Shown here: one piece after another, positions 13,866-25,589 of the stretch
Position numbering within the stretch: the first letter of the stretch is position 1
Layout: each line of letters begins with the position of its first letter
Assembly (NCBI GenBank): GCA_900617105.1
Contig: UYFQ01000129.1
Coordinates: 1-62,334, forward strand
DNA from: Hydrurus foetidus
Taxonomy: Eukaryota
Direction: 5' to 3'
Length of the DNA: 62,334 nucleotides
Translations under genes and position numbers: made by a program
Notes under the pieces: model-generated
Told to the model about the DNA's origin: nothing
What the model saw: the letters and a program-made list of their open reading frames with translations, nothing else
Database searches by the model: none

Positions 13866-14450
13866 GCAATACAATTCAATACAATACAATACAATACAAT
13901 ACAATACAATACAATACAATACAATACAATACAATACAATACAATACAATACAATACAATACAATACAATACAATACAATACAATACAATACAATACAAT
14001 ACAATACAATACAATACAATACAATACAATACAATACAATACAATACAATACAATACAATACAATACAATACAATACAATACAATACAATACAATACAAT
14101 ACAATACAATACAATACAATACAATACAATACAATACAATACAATACAATACAATACAATACAATACAATACAATACAATACAATACAATACAATACAAT
14201 ACAATACAATACAATACAATACAATACAATACAATACGATACGATACGATACGATACTGAATGATACTACAGGGTATGGTACAATATAACACAACACAAC
14301 ACAATACAATACAATACAATACAATACAATACAATACAATACAATACAATACAATACAATACAATACAATACAATACGATACGATACGATACGATACGAT
14401 ACTGAATGATACTACAGGGTATGGTACAATATAACACAACACAACACAGC
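13866..14450. repeat. (ACAAT)n microsatellite with a duplicated interruption (ACGATACTGAATGATACTACAGGGTATGG at ~14251 and ~14396)
   Basis: Direct reading. Confidence 0.95.
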
Positions 14451-15649
14451 ACAGCATAATGTGTAAACGACGTTGAACTTGATAGCACACCAACAAACCA
14501 TACAATACTACACGACTTATGATACATACAGTACATGCATTGCCTACATTTTATCGACCAATTCTATTCATTCAGAATTCTATGGATAGCTAGAATTGAA
14601 ATCTATGCGTCCCCTTACATATCAATCACCAGTCAGTCAATTAGACTGTTATTTCATTTTGTCGTATTTGTCTTATTTATCTTTTTATTGTCCTACAACG
14701 CTTACTTTGTTTCCCTACTACTGATCCGCTCTTCTCATTATTTCGCTTTTATTTGTAATAAAGCTGAAAGCAAAAGTCACGTCACCCAGTGATTTGATCT
14801 TCGATGTTTCACAATGTTCAGTGTAATTTCCAAAAGAGCTGTACTGTGGAGTACAGGTAGTGACAGGAGATGCACAGTTGTGTGTGACATGCACGTTCTG
14901 TGCACGTCAGTTCAACCACCTCTTTCTACCGTGTGGGGGAGGGGAGGCGGTGTATGTGTGGTGATGTGTGTAAGGCTGCAATAAGCGGGAACACTATAAT
15001 GTTTTCCCGTATAATTATTTCGCGGCAAGTACCCTGAACAATCCTTTTTAGGGCGGAGTTTCCCTATTCCACGTACTTTATGGCAAAAATTATGTGGGAA
15101 CTTATTTAAACTCATTCAGTTGGATGAACAATTTGTGTTCGTGTAAAATGCTCCTGTCAAATCCTCAATAAGCACAATTCCGATCTCAGGACAGATGTAT
15201 GCACTAGCTGTATAGCCTTTATTGTCGGGATATGAGATCCACAGTCAAGAAGAAGTAAGTGACAGACGTCACTAGAGGAAGCAGAAACAGCGTGTTTCAC
15301 TTGAGTGGTGTAGGTGAGAGAAGAGTGGTGTGTCAGGAACCAAAATGCAAGATCTCCACATGTCAGGCATTCACGCAATAATATTCAGATAGTGTCTCTC
15401 AGGATTAGTATGCGGGTAAGGGTCTGCGCATTTCTCATTTCTCACTGCGTGAACTCAGGGGAGGGATTAGGGTTCAGGCTCTGAAACGTTGCGAAGAACT
15501 GAGAGATTTCATCATCTATTATATTACATATTGATGATGGGAATGAACGTATGTACAATTTACAGTGGGCAAAGGAAAACATGTACGTGCTGGTATGAAG
15601 TGCTATGAACGTCACGTCACGTCCGCCTCGAAGATCAGATCACCGTATT

Positions 15650-16594
15650 TCAATCGAGATCAGCAGTCTGCGACATAGACGCCTTCTCAGCGTTCTCCAT
15701 CATGCTCAGTAACTCATCGTCAAACGATGTGTCGTCAATGTCGCCATAGGATGGGATGCTGGCAGGTGCCGTTATTGATGAGTTGTTGCCGTAATGAGGC
15801 GCATATGATGAGTTGGTGATGTTGTTGGCACCCGTTAAATTGGAATAAGGCACGTATGCAGGATATGATGACGGCGCAGCAGCGGTGGAGCTCTGTGAGG
15901 TTGAGGATGGTCTGGTCGAGGGGTAAGGGATTGTTCTACTCTCGTTGTCATCGAATGATTCCTCAGGGGAGTGAGTTTCAGGGGAGGTGCTTCCGCCTGG
16001 TGACTGCGAAAGCTTCGATTCTCTCACTGATGCAGATTCCTCGACTGGCCGACGACGAATTTGATTCAGTGTAACTCCAAGCACTTCATGCTACGTGTAA
16101 AAATAGTTATGGCATCAGTGTTTACTGACTCCGATACATTCGGAAATAAACAATGGTAGAGAACTTTTCAAAAATCGTACCACATATCTATCCCGCTCCC
16201 TGTCGCGCAGAGCTCTCAGGCAAATTTTTGTTCTTGATTTGTGTCCGAAAGACTCGCATCTACTAAGTAAGTCCGGGAATGCCAATCCTGGATACATCTG
16301 GAATCCCCATTCTTTGTACATATTCAGCAGGCGTTTCATGTCCTGTAACTCGTAACCTCTCCCTCGAAATAGTCCTTCACGCGGGAAGTCCTCGTATATT
16401 CTTACGAGTCCATCACGACCGGTAAGAATGTCTTCAGTGAATGTTCTCTGCTTCTTCACCGTTCTCTTGATCTGCTCCTCAATTTGACCATCGTCATTGC
16501 CCTCTTTTGATTCTTTATTCGGTCTCTTGAGCCCCAGCAATTTTGGTTCATCTTCCTCCGTATCGCCGTCTGATATGTCATCCAATCTCGACAT
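15650..16594 (-). CDS. TIPIN: TIPIN/Swi3/Csm3 replication fork protection subunit; intact, intron 16091-16180
   Basis: Swi3-domain pattern EDILTGRDGL..FRGRGYELQDMKRLLNMYKEWGFQMYPGLAFPDLLSRCESFG. GT at 16180 and AG at 16091 join RYV|HEVLG in frame. Confidence 0.88.
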
Positions 16595-16815
16595 CCTCGT
16601 CGTGATCCTCTTTGTTTCAATTTACTGCAAATGGCTGTCACCAACTTGAGCTGATCTACTCTCAAGATGGCAATATAATAATTTGAAAAAGTGCAAAACA
16701 TTTATTTCAAATATTTTCGAATTCAAAATCCATGTACGGATCTTGGACTTATTTCCCACTTGCGTACTTACAACTTTGAAGGACTGTGGGTACGATGCTG
16801 GAAACGTCATGCATG
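16254..16815. repeat. Direct repeat, copy 1 (562 bp): TIPIN promoter plus most of exon 1
   Basis: Matches 21099-21822 apart from the MITE in copy 2. Confidence 0.97.
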
Positions 16816-19800
16816 CTATGCACTATGATCTATGGTCTATAATTCAGATAAAATTGATTAAGCCCACCGAAACTTTAGAGGTAGGTTTTCACTGGCTAGG
16901 CGATCGCGCCAAACAAGTCATCTCTAAGGATTCAGATGGAAGGGAAGGTGTTGGTGTTGTGCTAGCAAGTAGTATTCCTGCAATCAAATGGGTCAGCAAT
17001 GACTCCAACTACCACAACTACTTTACTAAGTACTACCCGTCACATGACGTCGGTAAACCGAGGGGAACTTGCCTCGTACAACGTTACGAGAAGAACGTTT
17101 TAGTTGTATGCGGCGTCGACATGGCCTACGTGAACTGTAACCTACGGAGTCACATAAAAACTCACCACAAGGAGTTAATACCATACAAAGTAAGATATCT
17201 GAATTCCTATAGCTGAACTGTTACTTTTACTGAAGGCAACAACGAAATCTATCTTCTTCAAGGATTTGGATACTGGCTACGTGAAGGCCATCGCCAATTC
17301 CTTTACGAAATTGGAAGCATCCGATAGGACTGTTCCAGTCGCAAGGCTCAAGCGCGATGCACCGACACAATCCACCGTGACTGGCTCAGCCATTGAGAAT
17401 TCACTCATGAAGCAGCGAAAGCTGAATCTGCCTCGCATCATTACAATTGCCTCAGCTGTTGGGATGTTGCCGCTGGGGATTAAAGAGAACAAGGGGCTTG
17501 GTTTCCTTATTCACTCTTTATGCGGAGATGTCTCTGGAATAAGTCGGCGAAGCATCACACGTGAAATGAAAAGTCTGTATACGGAAAAAAAGGAGGAAAT
17601 CTCCAGAGACCTTCAAGCGATGCTTGAGTTCTCTCAACTCAAAGATTCATCGAATCCTCAAGACCGCAAATTCAGAGGCTTAGAGCAAGATGTATGGAGC
17701 AACAAGACATCATCGTATCAAGGCCTGGTTATGCAGCAAGTCGGTAAGCAAAATCGTGATTATAATTGAATTGTCTCTCGTTTAATTTTATGCCTTCTTC
17801 TAGACACTAGATCAGCAGATACGTGGGAGCTGGTGACCATCGTTCTATCGTGCATGCCTTTTCCACCCCCACACACCGCAGCTAATTCTATACTGCTTAT
17901 CAAAGAGACTCTTCAGTCTTTTGATATTCCTCTCGATACGATATCGACCTCCACCCAGGATACAACAGCCGCATCTATTAATGTTTTTCGAAATGAGGAA
18001 GACATAGAACAGAACAAATGTGCGTGCCATTTGCTTCATAACATGGTCAAACGGATCTATGAGCAATCGCCAGCAATCTCTGATATTTACGAGGCTATGC
18101 ACAAAATTACTGTTAAGCTCGGTAGTAGTCCGAAGAGAATAACCATTCTCAGGAGACATGTAGAAACTCAAGGTAAGAATCACTAATTCATCACTTACGT
18201 ATTTTACTTCTGTTTTTTATTCACAATTTGATGAATATTATGCAACTATCAGGGGCTAGGTTCAAAATGCCTGTGCTAGGTATCAAGACTAGATGGAACA
18301 GTATCATGGAGGAGATAGTCCGATTCTTGGAGAATTGGCAGTACTACGATGGGCTAAATGCCAGAGAACTTTTCGGGCCATCTCGAGATGAAGTGGGAAG
18401 TTGGAACGACTGGAAAGCGAAGGTTGAGGCCGGTCGGCATTTGTTTACGCACATAGTGCCAGTGATGAAGAAGATTGGTGAGCAAGTGTCCGTCTTGCAA
18501 GGCCGTGATTATGTTACGGGTTCACTTGTCCGACCCTCTATGAGAGCTATCAGGACGTCCATTGTACTCCTTCAGAGAGATCTAGTAGTGATTAAGCAAG
18601 ATCAAACAAAAGTCGCCGAGTTTTTGGCCTTATCAGACTTCACGGACGCTTTTAAGGCCAACTTTGAGAGATACATCGGGGACCACTTTACCAACCGAAT
18701 CCCCTATCAAGTTGCGAGCTTGTTGGACCCAAGGGTTTTGAAGTATGAGGACTATCTGAAGGAATAAGTCAACGGTTTGCTGAGCAGCGGTTACCTCACA
18801 TATGATGAGATGGCTGTCATACGCAACGAAAAAAATGACGAGCCGGATGCCAACCTTTCCGCGCTTGAGAGAATGTCGCGCGAGGCATGCGCTGGATCAG
18901 CACCTATATCACTTATTCAACGTGAACTTAGTGAATACTTTAGATTCTTGGTTGAGTTGAGACCTGACAATACAACCGGTAACCCGCTAAAATTCTGGGC
19001 AGTTCATGGAGATCGATTCCCCATCTTATGGAGAGTGGCTAGAAGAATTCTTGTGACTAAGTCTTCTTCCGCGACCGTTGAGTCACTGTTCAGTCAAACT
19101 GGCATGATAGCATCAAACAGAAGAGCAAGATTGACAGGAAAGAATATAAATATGCTTGCTTGCCTCAAAAGTTGGCTGGAGAAAGATCTGCCAACCGAGG
19201 TCAATTTTGGGAGGATGGTAGAGATTAGGCAGCGCAAAATAGATCTGCTTATTGCTTGCTTTCAATACGGCCCTGAAGAGGTACCAAGGGAAGAAGGTGA
19301 CGAGGAAATTGAAAATGACGACGAGCATGCTCATTTGGATGAGGATGAGATGATTAATGGGGAAGTAGCAGTCATCGGAGAGGACCTCGACGATGGCGAT
19401 GATGAGGAATAAGCATTGACGAGTGATGATTTTAATGAACTGGTAGAAGAGGAGACTGTCGTACAAGAAGTGGTGAACTTCACTGCTTTTCAGAGGGCTA
19501 ATATTGCCAATGAGGAGCGTGAAAGATTTGAAGGGATAGCGGACATCAATGACAGAAGAGCTGCACGAGATCTCGTATACGCTGCGAATGATGAAGCGAG
19601 AGCAGCTAGGATAGCCGCGAGATATAGACAGGTTCAGGAAGCTGTACTCAGACAGATTGAAGACAGTGCGATGACTGAATTATAGCAATAATGTAACTCA
19701 TATACTATACGATAAATTAATCCGGATGCCCAGTTGACTGCTAAAATCTGCAATTAAACATACTATTTGAATTAAATAAACACTCAAAAGTTCTACCCAT

Positions 19801-21098
19801 GACTCCTTTGACTCTTCTAATCGGTACTCATCGCAATGGCCATTCATCACTACATCGACGATTGCATTTGTAATCGCATGCTAAATAATCCTGGTTACGG
19901 TCATAATTGACCGTAAACCAGCTCCACAAAATTAACCGTAACCCGGCCCCGCACGCGACGCTGTCAATAGTATCTCGTATAACTGCAGGAATCAAACACT
20001 GCAGAAATCAATTTGCGATTCTGCAATCGTGTCGCTCAGTAAATTAGCAAAGCTTACATGTAAGCCCTTTGGTAATGGACAGCCTGAAGGTGCGGCGTGA
20101 AACACATTGGACAAACAATGGCAATTTAATTATCACGCCAATTGATATTGTAAAGTTCCAAAAACAGTAGACGGTATATTTAGTCAGTTACTAGATAAGG
20201 TGCCGTACGCAGCTCTCAGACATCTCCCTGATTGACGCCCCAGGAAATGTCGCTGTTCATCGAATCCATGGATCATCCCTCCGATTGCTGATCGCTCAGC
20301 TCATCTCTTCTCAGCCTCGGTTGCCACGCTGCTTGGGTGAGGCGGGCGGCGCCTCACGCTGCTCAGAGCCTCACAGAAGTAATGATGGGCGTGCCTTGCT
20401 CGCGGCGCTGCTCGATAATAGTGGCGTGGCGCGTTGCCTCGCTGCCTCTCGTCGACGGCGCTCAAAGATCCACAGAAATAGTGATGGTGGCGCGTCGCGC
20501 GTAGCTCGTCGGTTGCCGCGCTGCTGAAAGAAATTCCACCACGCTAGATATCAGTGCAATTTTATTCAGCCATGCTGCGGCATTTTTCTGCGTCTCCAAT
20601 TGATCTGTATGTTCCCTCCTTCAGCTCGCGATGACGTTTCACAAATTCAGAAGTAATTATCTGCCTCCGAAACCCAACCGCAATTTCTTCAGACCCAAGC
20701 GCTTTACCAAGCGAGCTTTCCCGCTACTTGCTGACCGTCCGCGAAAATTTATGAATTAATTGATCACGTTTACTATCTGGTGTCGGATAAATGATAAATC
20801 ACACGTGAGCACATGAGAGATCAAGCTGGCCGTAAGACTGGTGGCTGGTCGGCGGAGTACGGTAGTAAGTACGGGATGTACGTCAGTACGGGACGTACGT
20901 AAGTACGAATGGATGTACACCCTATGGTCCAAGGTTCTATGATCTATAGACCATAGACCTATGATCTATGAGCTATAGTCTATGATGTGGTATCTGAAAT
21001 CTCTGGTCTATGGTCTATGGTCTATAGTCCGTCAGTTCTCAAAAAAAGAGGGAGTTGATCTATACCTATAATCTATATCAGCAATCTTTTCAATTCTT
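16816..21098 (+). mobile_element. 4.3-kb insert holding a hAT transposon (probable 3' end at 19963, no recognisable 5' TIR) plus ~1.1 kb of further DNA
   Basis: Bounded by the 562-bp repeat. ...CCCCGCACGCGACGCTG at 19963 reads CAGCG.. on the reverse strand, fitting the hAT (C/T)A(A/G)NG terminus; subterminal CCGTAA/TTACGG motifs. Confidence 0.85.
16818..19685 (+). pseudogene. hAT transposase with BED finger; introns 17190-17262, 17744-17803, 18173-18252; in-frame TAA at 18765 and 19410
   Basis: BED finger C..C..NLRSHIKTHH; catalytic QDVWS and TQDT; CACH; TRWNS; LLDPR; dimerisation region PLKFW..FPILWRVARRIL..SSATVESLFS. All three introns keep frame. Confidence 0.92.
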
Positions 21099-21439
21099 TC
21101 GCATCTACTAAGTAAGTCCGGGAATGCCAATCCTGGATACATCTGGAATCCCCATTCTTTGTACATATTCAGCAGGCGTTTCATGTCCTGTAACTCGTAA
21201 CCTCTCCCTCGAAATAGTCCTTCACGCGGGAAGTCCTCGTATATTCTTACGAGTCCATCACGACCGGTAAGAATGTCTTCAGTGAATGTTCTCTGCTTCT
21301 TCACCGTTCTCTTGATCTGCTCCTCAATTTGACCATCGTCATTGCCCTCTTTTGATTCTTTATTCGGTCTCTTGAGCCCCAGCAATTTTGGTTCATCTTC
21401 CTCCGTATCGCCGTCTGATATGTCATCCAATCTCGACAT
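21032..21439 (-). pseudogene. TIPIN: Truncated TIPIN copy fused to ~21 insert-derived residues (135-aa ORF)
   Basis: Same protein as the intact copy up to LLSRCE, then RIEKIADIDYRYRSTPSFFEN*. Confidence 0.85.
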
Positions 21440-21822
21440 CCTCGTCGTGATCCTCTTTGTTTCAATTTACTGCAAATGGCTGTCACCAACTTGAGCTGAT
21501 CTACTCTCAAGATGGCAATATAATAGAGTGTTTGCGCAAACGGAAATATCTCGGATATATCCGAGATCTCGGAAATATAATATCCGAGATTCGTCAATTT
21601 GAGGCGGAAATTTGAAATTTGAAGGGGGTAAATCTCCGAACCCTGGGGTTCCAGCCGGATATTTCCGTTTGCGCAAACACTCTAATAATTTGAAAAAGTG
21701 CAAAACATTTATTTCAAATATTTTCGAATTCAAAATCCATGTACGGATCTTGGACTTATTTCCCACTTGCGTACTTACAACTTTGAAGGACTGTGGGTAC
21801 GATGCTGGAAACGTCATGCATG
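21099..21822. repeat. Direct repeat, copy 2 (724 bp = 562 + 159-bp MITE + 3-bp TSD)
   Basis: Identical by eye to 16254-16815 outside the MITE. Confidence 0.97.
21525..21683. mobile_element. 159-bp MITE with perfect 26-bp TIRs
   Basis: TIR AGAGTGTTTGCGCAAACGGAAATATC at both ends. The empty site in copy 1 (CAATATAATAATTTG, 16671-16685) gives TSD AAT, or TAATA if the ends are taken 1 bp further in. Confidence 0.95.
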
Positions 21823-21964
21823 ACAGTGACTCATCTGCTCTCGCTGCTTCATAAGTGCATTAAATCGAAGCCTCCATCGAAGTCATCTATAGTGTCGTCA
21901 TTGTCGTCATCCCTCTCTGTAACTGGGTGCAATTGACTGCAAAGTTGCTGATATTTCTCCAAAA

Positions 21965-24900
21965 ATGTTTCAATTAGCTGCCATTATCACTGCAACTTGT
22001 GTATGCGCGGTTGATGGAAAATTTCTATCGTCTCTGAAGCTGAACTTCCGTGGGGCAGCTGCAACATTGGCTGCAGTTACAGCGTTTCAATTTCCTGTGC
22101 TTCAGCCTACCCTTCATCCACCCAGCGCTGAGGCTGCTGTGAATCAGTTGGCTGATGTTGGATTAAAGGAATTTCTCGTCAAAGATGGGAGACAGTGGCT
22201 CCGCCTCGCCATTCCAATAGGTTGGGGTTGCAAAATGCGGCATGAGTCCACTGAAGAAATTGATTCCATGAATTCCTAATCGTGATGCAAAATGATTTAG
22301 GAAACGAGATGAAACTCGGGTCTAAAGGGGATGGGGATGAAATAAAGTTAGCACAGGAGAGTCTCGAATTAGTGAGATTGCGACTGGAGCAGGTAGGATT
22401 CTCGAACAAGGCTGTTTGGGGCGGTGGTATTAAAGATGCGAATGTAGCGGATTCTTTGGTGCGTAAGAATAGAGTGGCACTCATATCGGCAGCTGGAGCA
22501 AAAGGTACGCTCTGGCTTTAAATTAAATTATTGCATGAAGGAATGGGACGAACAGTTCTTTCAAGTACCTCAAGATCTGATCCAAAGAGGCTTTTATGCT
22601 GTCACAAATGTAGTCATGACTTTTTGTTGTGAGTGAGACAATTCGCTATTGATGTCGTGGTGTTTTGAGGAAGAGTTGAGGGGAATGCGAATAACTGACA
22701 CAAGCGATAGATACTGCTCTACTGAATAATCTACAGACATTCCTAAGCAATTCGTAAATTCAGAGGCCATGGCATAATGAGGGCAGCAGATTTGAAACAC
22801 TGATTCTAAAAAATCTAAATCAATGATTAACATGTTCTAGTTATCACCGGAACTGACGAGTGGTATGTATCAGCAGAGTAGCACTAGGCTTCGACTACAC
22901 TCCTAACTTCTAATCAAATCACAACCCAAAGCACTAACAAATATCTATGTATACCATAAATATCTCACTGGCATGAGTGTATGAATATTATACACAGGTG
23001 ACGAGGCTACTTCGATCATCGACACTAAGTTGCTGCCCACCATCACAGCGCTCGTAGACTCTCTCAGAAAGCAAGATATCACCACCACCAACACACTGCA
23101 GGTGCCCTCTCTTTGATTTCCATTGATTTTCCTGCCATTTTCCATCCTCAAGTCTTACGCACTGTAATTCTCCTTTTCCTCTTTTTCTCTTTGCATTTTT
23201 TACGTCTATTATTTTCGTCTGTATCTGCCGTCTCGGTCGATGGCACACGCATGTACATTCTCGCTGCACATCGCATCACATTCGCTACGATCTGCCTAGA
23301 CCTTTGCTGCACACACTGCCAACTGACAGATCTGCTCTATTCTGCTGTGCTCTGCATCCTCGTTGCTTGCTCAACTTGGTGCAGTCATTTGACGTCTCTT
23401 CCCTTTCAGCGAATCACGCCGAATCACAGTTACCTATTTATGTACACCTTCTCTTTCTCTACATCCACTTTTATCGGGTTGGCAGGAAACAGCGGGAGGG
23501 CTCCTCGCCGATCTACGGCTGCTCCAGCTTCCCTCTAAAGTGCTCCCGTATAAAATACCGGAGGAATATAATTCACTGCCAAGATTGGCCGGAAGGGTAA
23601 GAGCGAAATTGGATGTTCCCATTGTCGCATGGATGTGGCAGATGAAATTAGATGTTGAGACTCCTTGATCAATTTGCTGAATTGTGGTGCGGTGCGGTGC
23701 GGTGTGATGTGATGTGGTGTAGTGTGGTGAAATGTGGTGCAAGATCGTGTAGTGCAGTGTATCATAGCGTATTGTTGTGTTTCAATCTGACCCCGCATTC
23801 ATCCATGCCTTCATTGACTGCACATGTCTTCCAACGGTTCAAAGTGCTTCTTGATAATCACAATATATTCGCAGGCAGAAGTAGAACTCGTCATCAAGAG
23901 TGCTGCGAAAGGATTTCGGCTGGAGGATGGGAAAACAGTCGTGCAGACCGTACCCTTCCGGCTAGTTCTTGACGGATACCACGCTCCACTAACTGCTGGT
24001 AAGTTGGTGCACTTCGTAGACTTCTATCTTATCAAATCTACACATCCTCTTCCTTTTGACGACTTTTTATTATTACTGTCAAATACAGACATTTCTTTGG
24101 CGTATTGCATCCAATGAGAACTTCTTGTTCTGTTAACTGTGTTCACTTCTGATGTATTCTCGATGCAATATCAAGCTTGAAACACCTGTCCGCCATACTG
24201 ACTCACTTTCTCAGCTACTTCTCACCTTAAAATCTTTTTGCTTCTGAAAGGCAACTTCGTGGATCTTGTTAACAAGAAGTGGTATGACGGAATGCCCCTC
24301 CAAAAGGTGGAGCAACTCACGGTCCAAACCGGTAAACCCATGGGTGGTGAGGGATACACAGATCCCAAGACTAAGGAGGTGAGAGTACCAGATAGAATGG
24401 GTGTGAGGAAGGGGTGTCAGGACAGGGTGTGAGGACGGGGTGTGAGGAAGGGGTGTGAGGAAGGGGTGTCAGGACAGGGTGAGCAGTGTTTGTTAGGACG
24501 TGATTTACTTGACATTGTTGATCGCCTTTTCAGATCGACCCTGCTGTCCTGTGGATCCTACCGTGTCTCACCTCTATCGAGATGTCAGCTGCACTGACTT
24601 TTACCACTCTTTCTCGTTGTTTTCTTATTATGTACTCCTTGTGTTCTCGTGGTGTTCTCCTCTCGTCAATCTTGACCAATGTCATAGTCCTCTTCTAGCT
24701 CATTTAATTTATTTCAATTCAATTCAAATTAATTCAACTCAACAATTTGCGTCAGCTGCGCACTATCCCCCTCGAGCTGTTCTATAAGAAGGACTCCGAA
24801 CCCACATACGGAATCACGAGTGATGACGATAACAGAGCCACTGACGCTATGACTCTGCCATTCCAAGGTTTCTTGTTGTTGATATAAATCGTTGATAATT

Positions 24901-25589
24901 GTTATCAGTGCATGTTTGACATTTTGTCTCGTTCCCCCTATGTTTAATATGTATACGCTGCCTCCTTCACTTTTGCTTATCCTTGCAGCGCATACTGCTG
25001 GTGAATGCTCGTCATCCCCTCTCTTCACTGACTCAACTTCAACTTCAACATTTTCAGCGTATGGAGCCGTGGGCATGGCGAGAGGGAATGAGGATGCCGA
25101 CAGTGCGAGCTCGCAGTTCTTCCTGCTCAAGTGGGACCAGGTGATTCGTTAGCAGATGACGTGCTGTCGATGTGGAGTAGTGTACTGTAGAGTAGTGTAG
25201 AGGAGTAGAGTAGAGGAGTAGAGTAGAGTACAGTAGAGTAGTGCAATATAGTGTAGTTGAATATAGTGAAGTGCAGTGTAGTATAGTTCAAGCAAGTTCA
25301 GATTCAAATGATAACGTGTAGTACAATACATCCTCTCTATGCTGTCACACAGTTCACTCTCACTGCATTTACTCCAACATATTCCTCTTCCAATTTGTAA
25401 CTCTTCTGTCTTCATCCCTAAATGTTAATATAGGGTTTGATAGCACCTGGTAGAAACACTTTGGATGGGTTCTACTCGGTGTTTGGCTACACCACACAGA
25501 ACGAACAATTGTTGTCGCAAGTGACCGATAAAGATATCGTTGTATCTGCTAAGGTCATCAGCGGTCTTGAAAATCTTATCACTCCGTAA
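21965..25589 (+). CDS. CYP38: Thylakoid-lumen cyclophilin CYP38/TLP40-like PPIase, multi-exon
   Basis: LVKDGRQWLRLAIP, YNSLPRLAGRAEVEL, LVLDGYHAPLTAGNFVDLV..YDG, TIPLEL, LPFQAYGAVGMAR..SASSQFF, LDGFYSVFGY, VISGLENL. N-terminal signal peptide, then a hydrophobic stretch ending AEA. Confidence 0.9.

Noticed and set aside
13504..14536. Long ORFs on both strands (YNTIQ / YCIVL repeats)
   Set aside because: Translations of the (ACAAT)n microsatellite.
19891..19921. Palindrome CTGGTTACGGTCA-TAAT-TGACCGTAAACCAG as a joined transposon-end junction
   Set aside because: It would imply a TGAC terminus, atypical for hAT; better explained as inverted subterminal motifs before the CAGCG-type end at 19963.
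16254..21822. Direct repeats read as LTRs (also 49300-52950)
   Set aside because: They consist of host gene exons and promoter, lack TG..CA ends, PBS and PPT, and enclose DDE transposases rather than RT.
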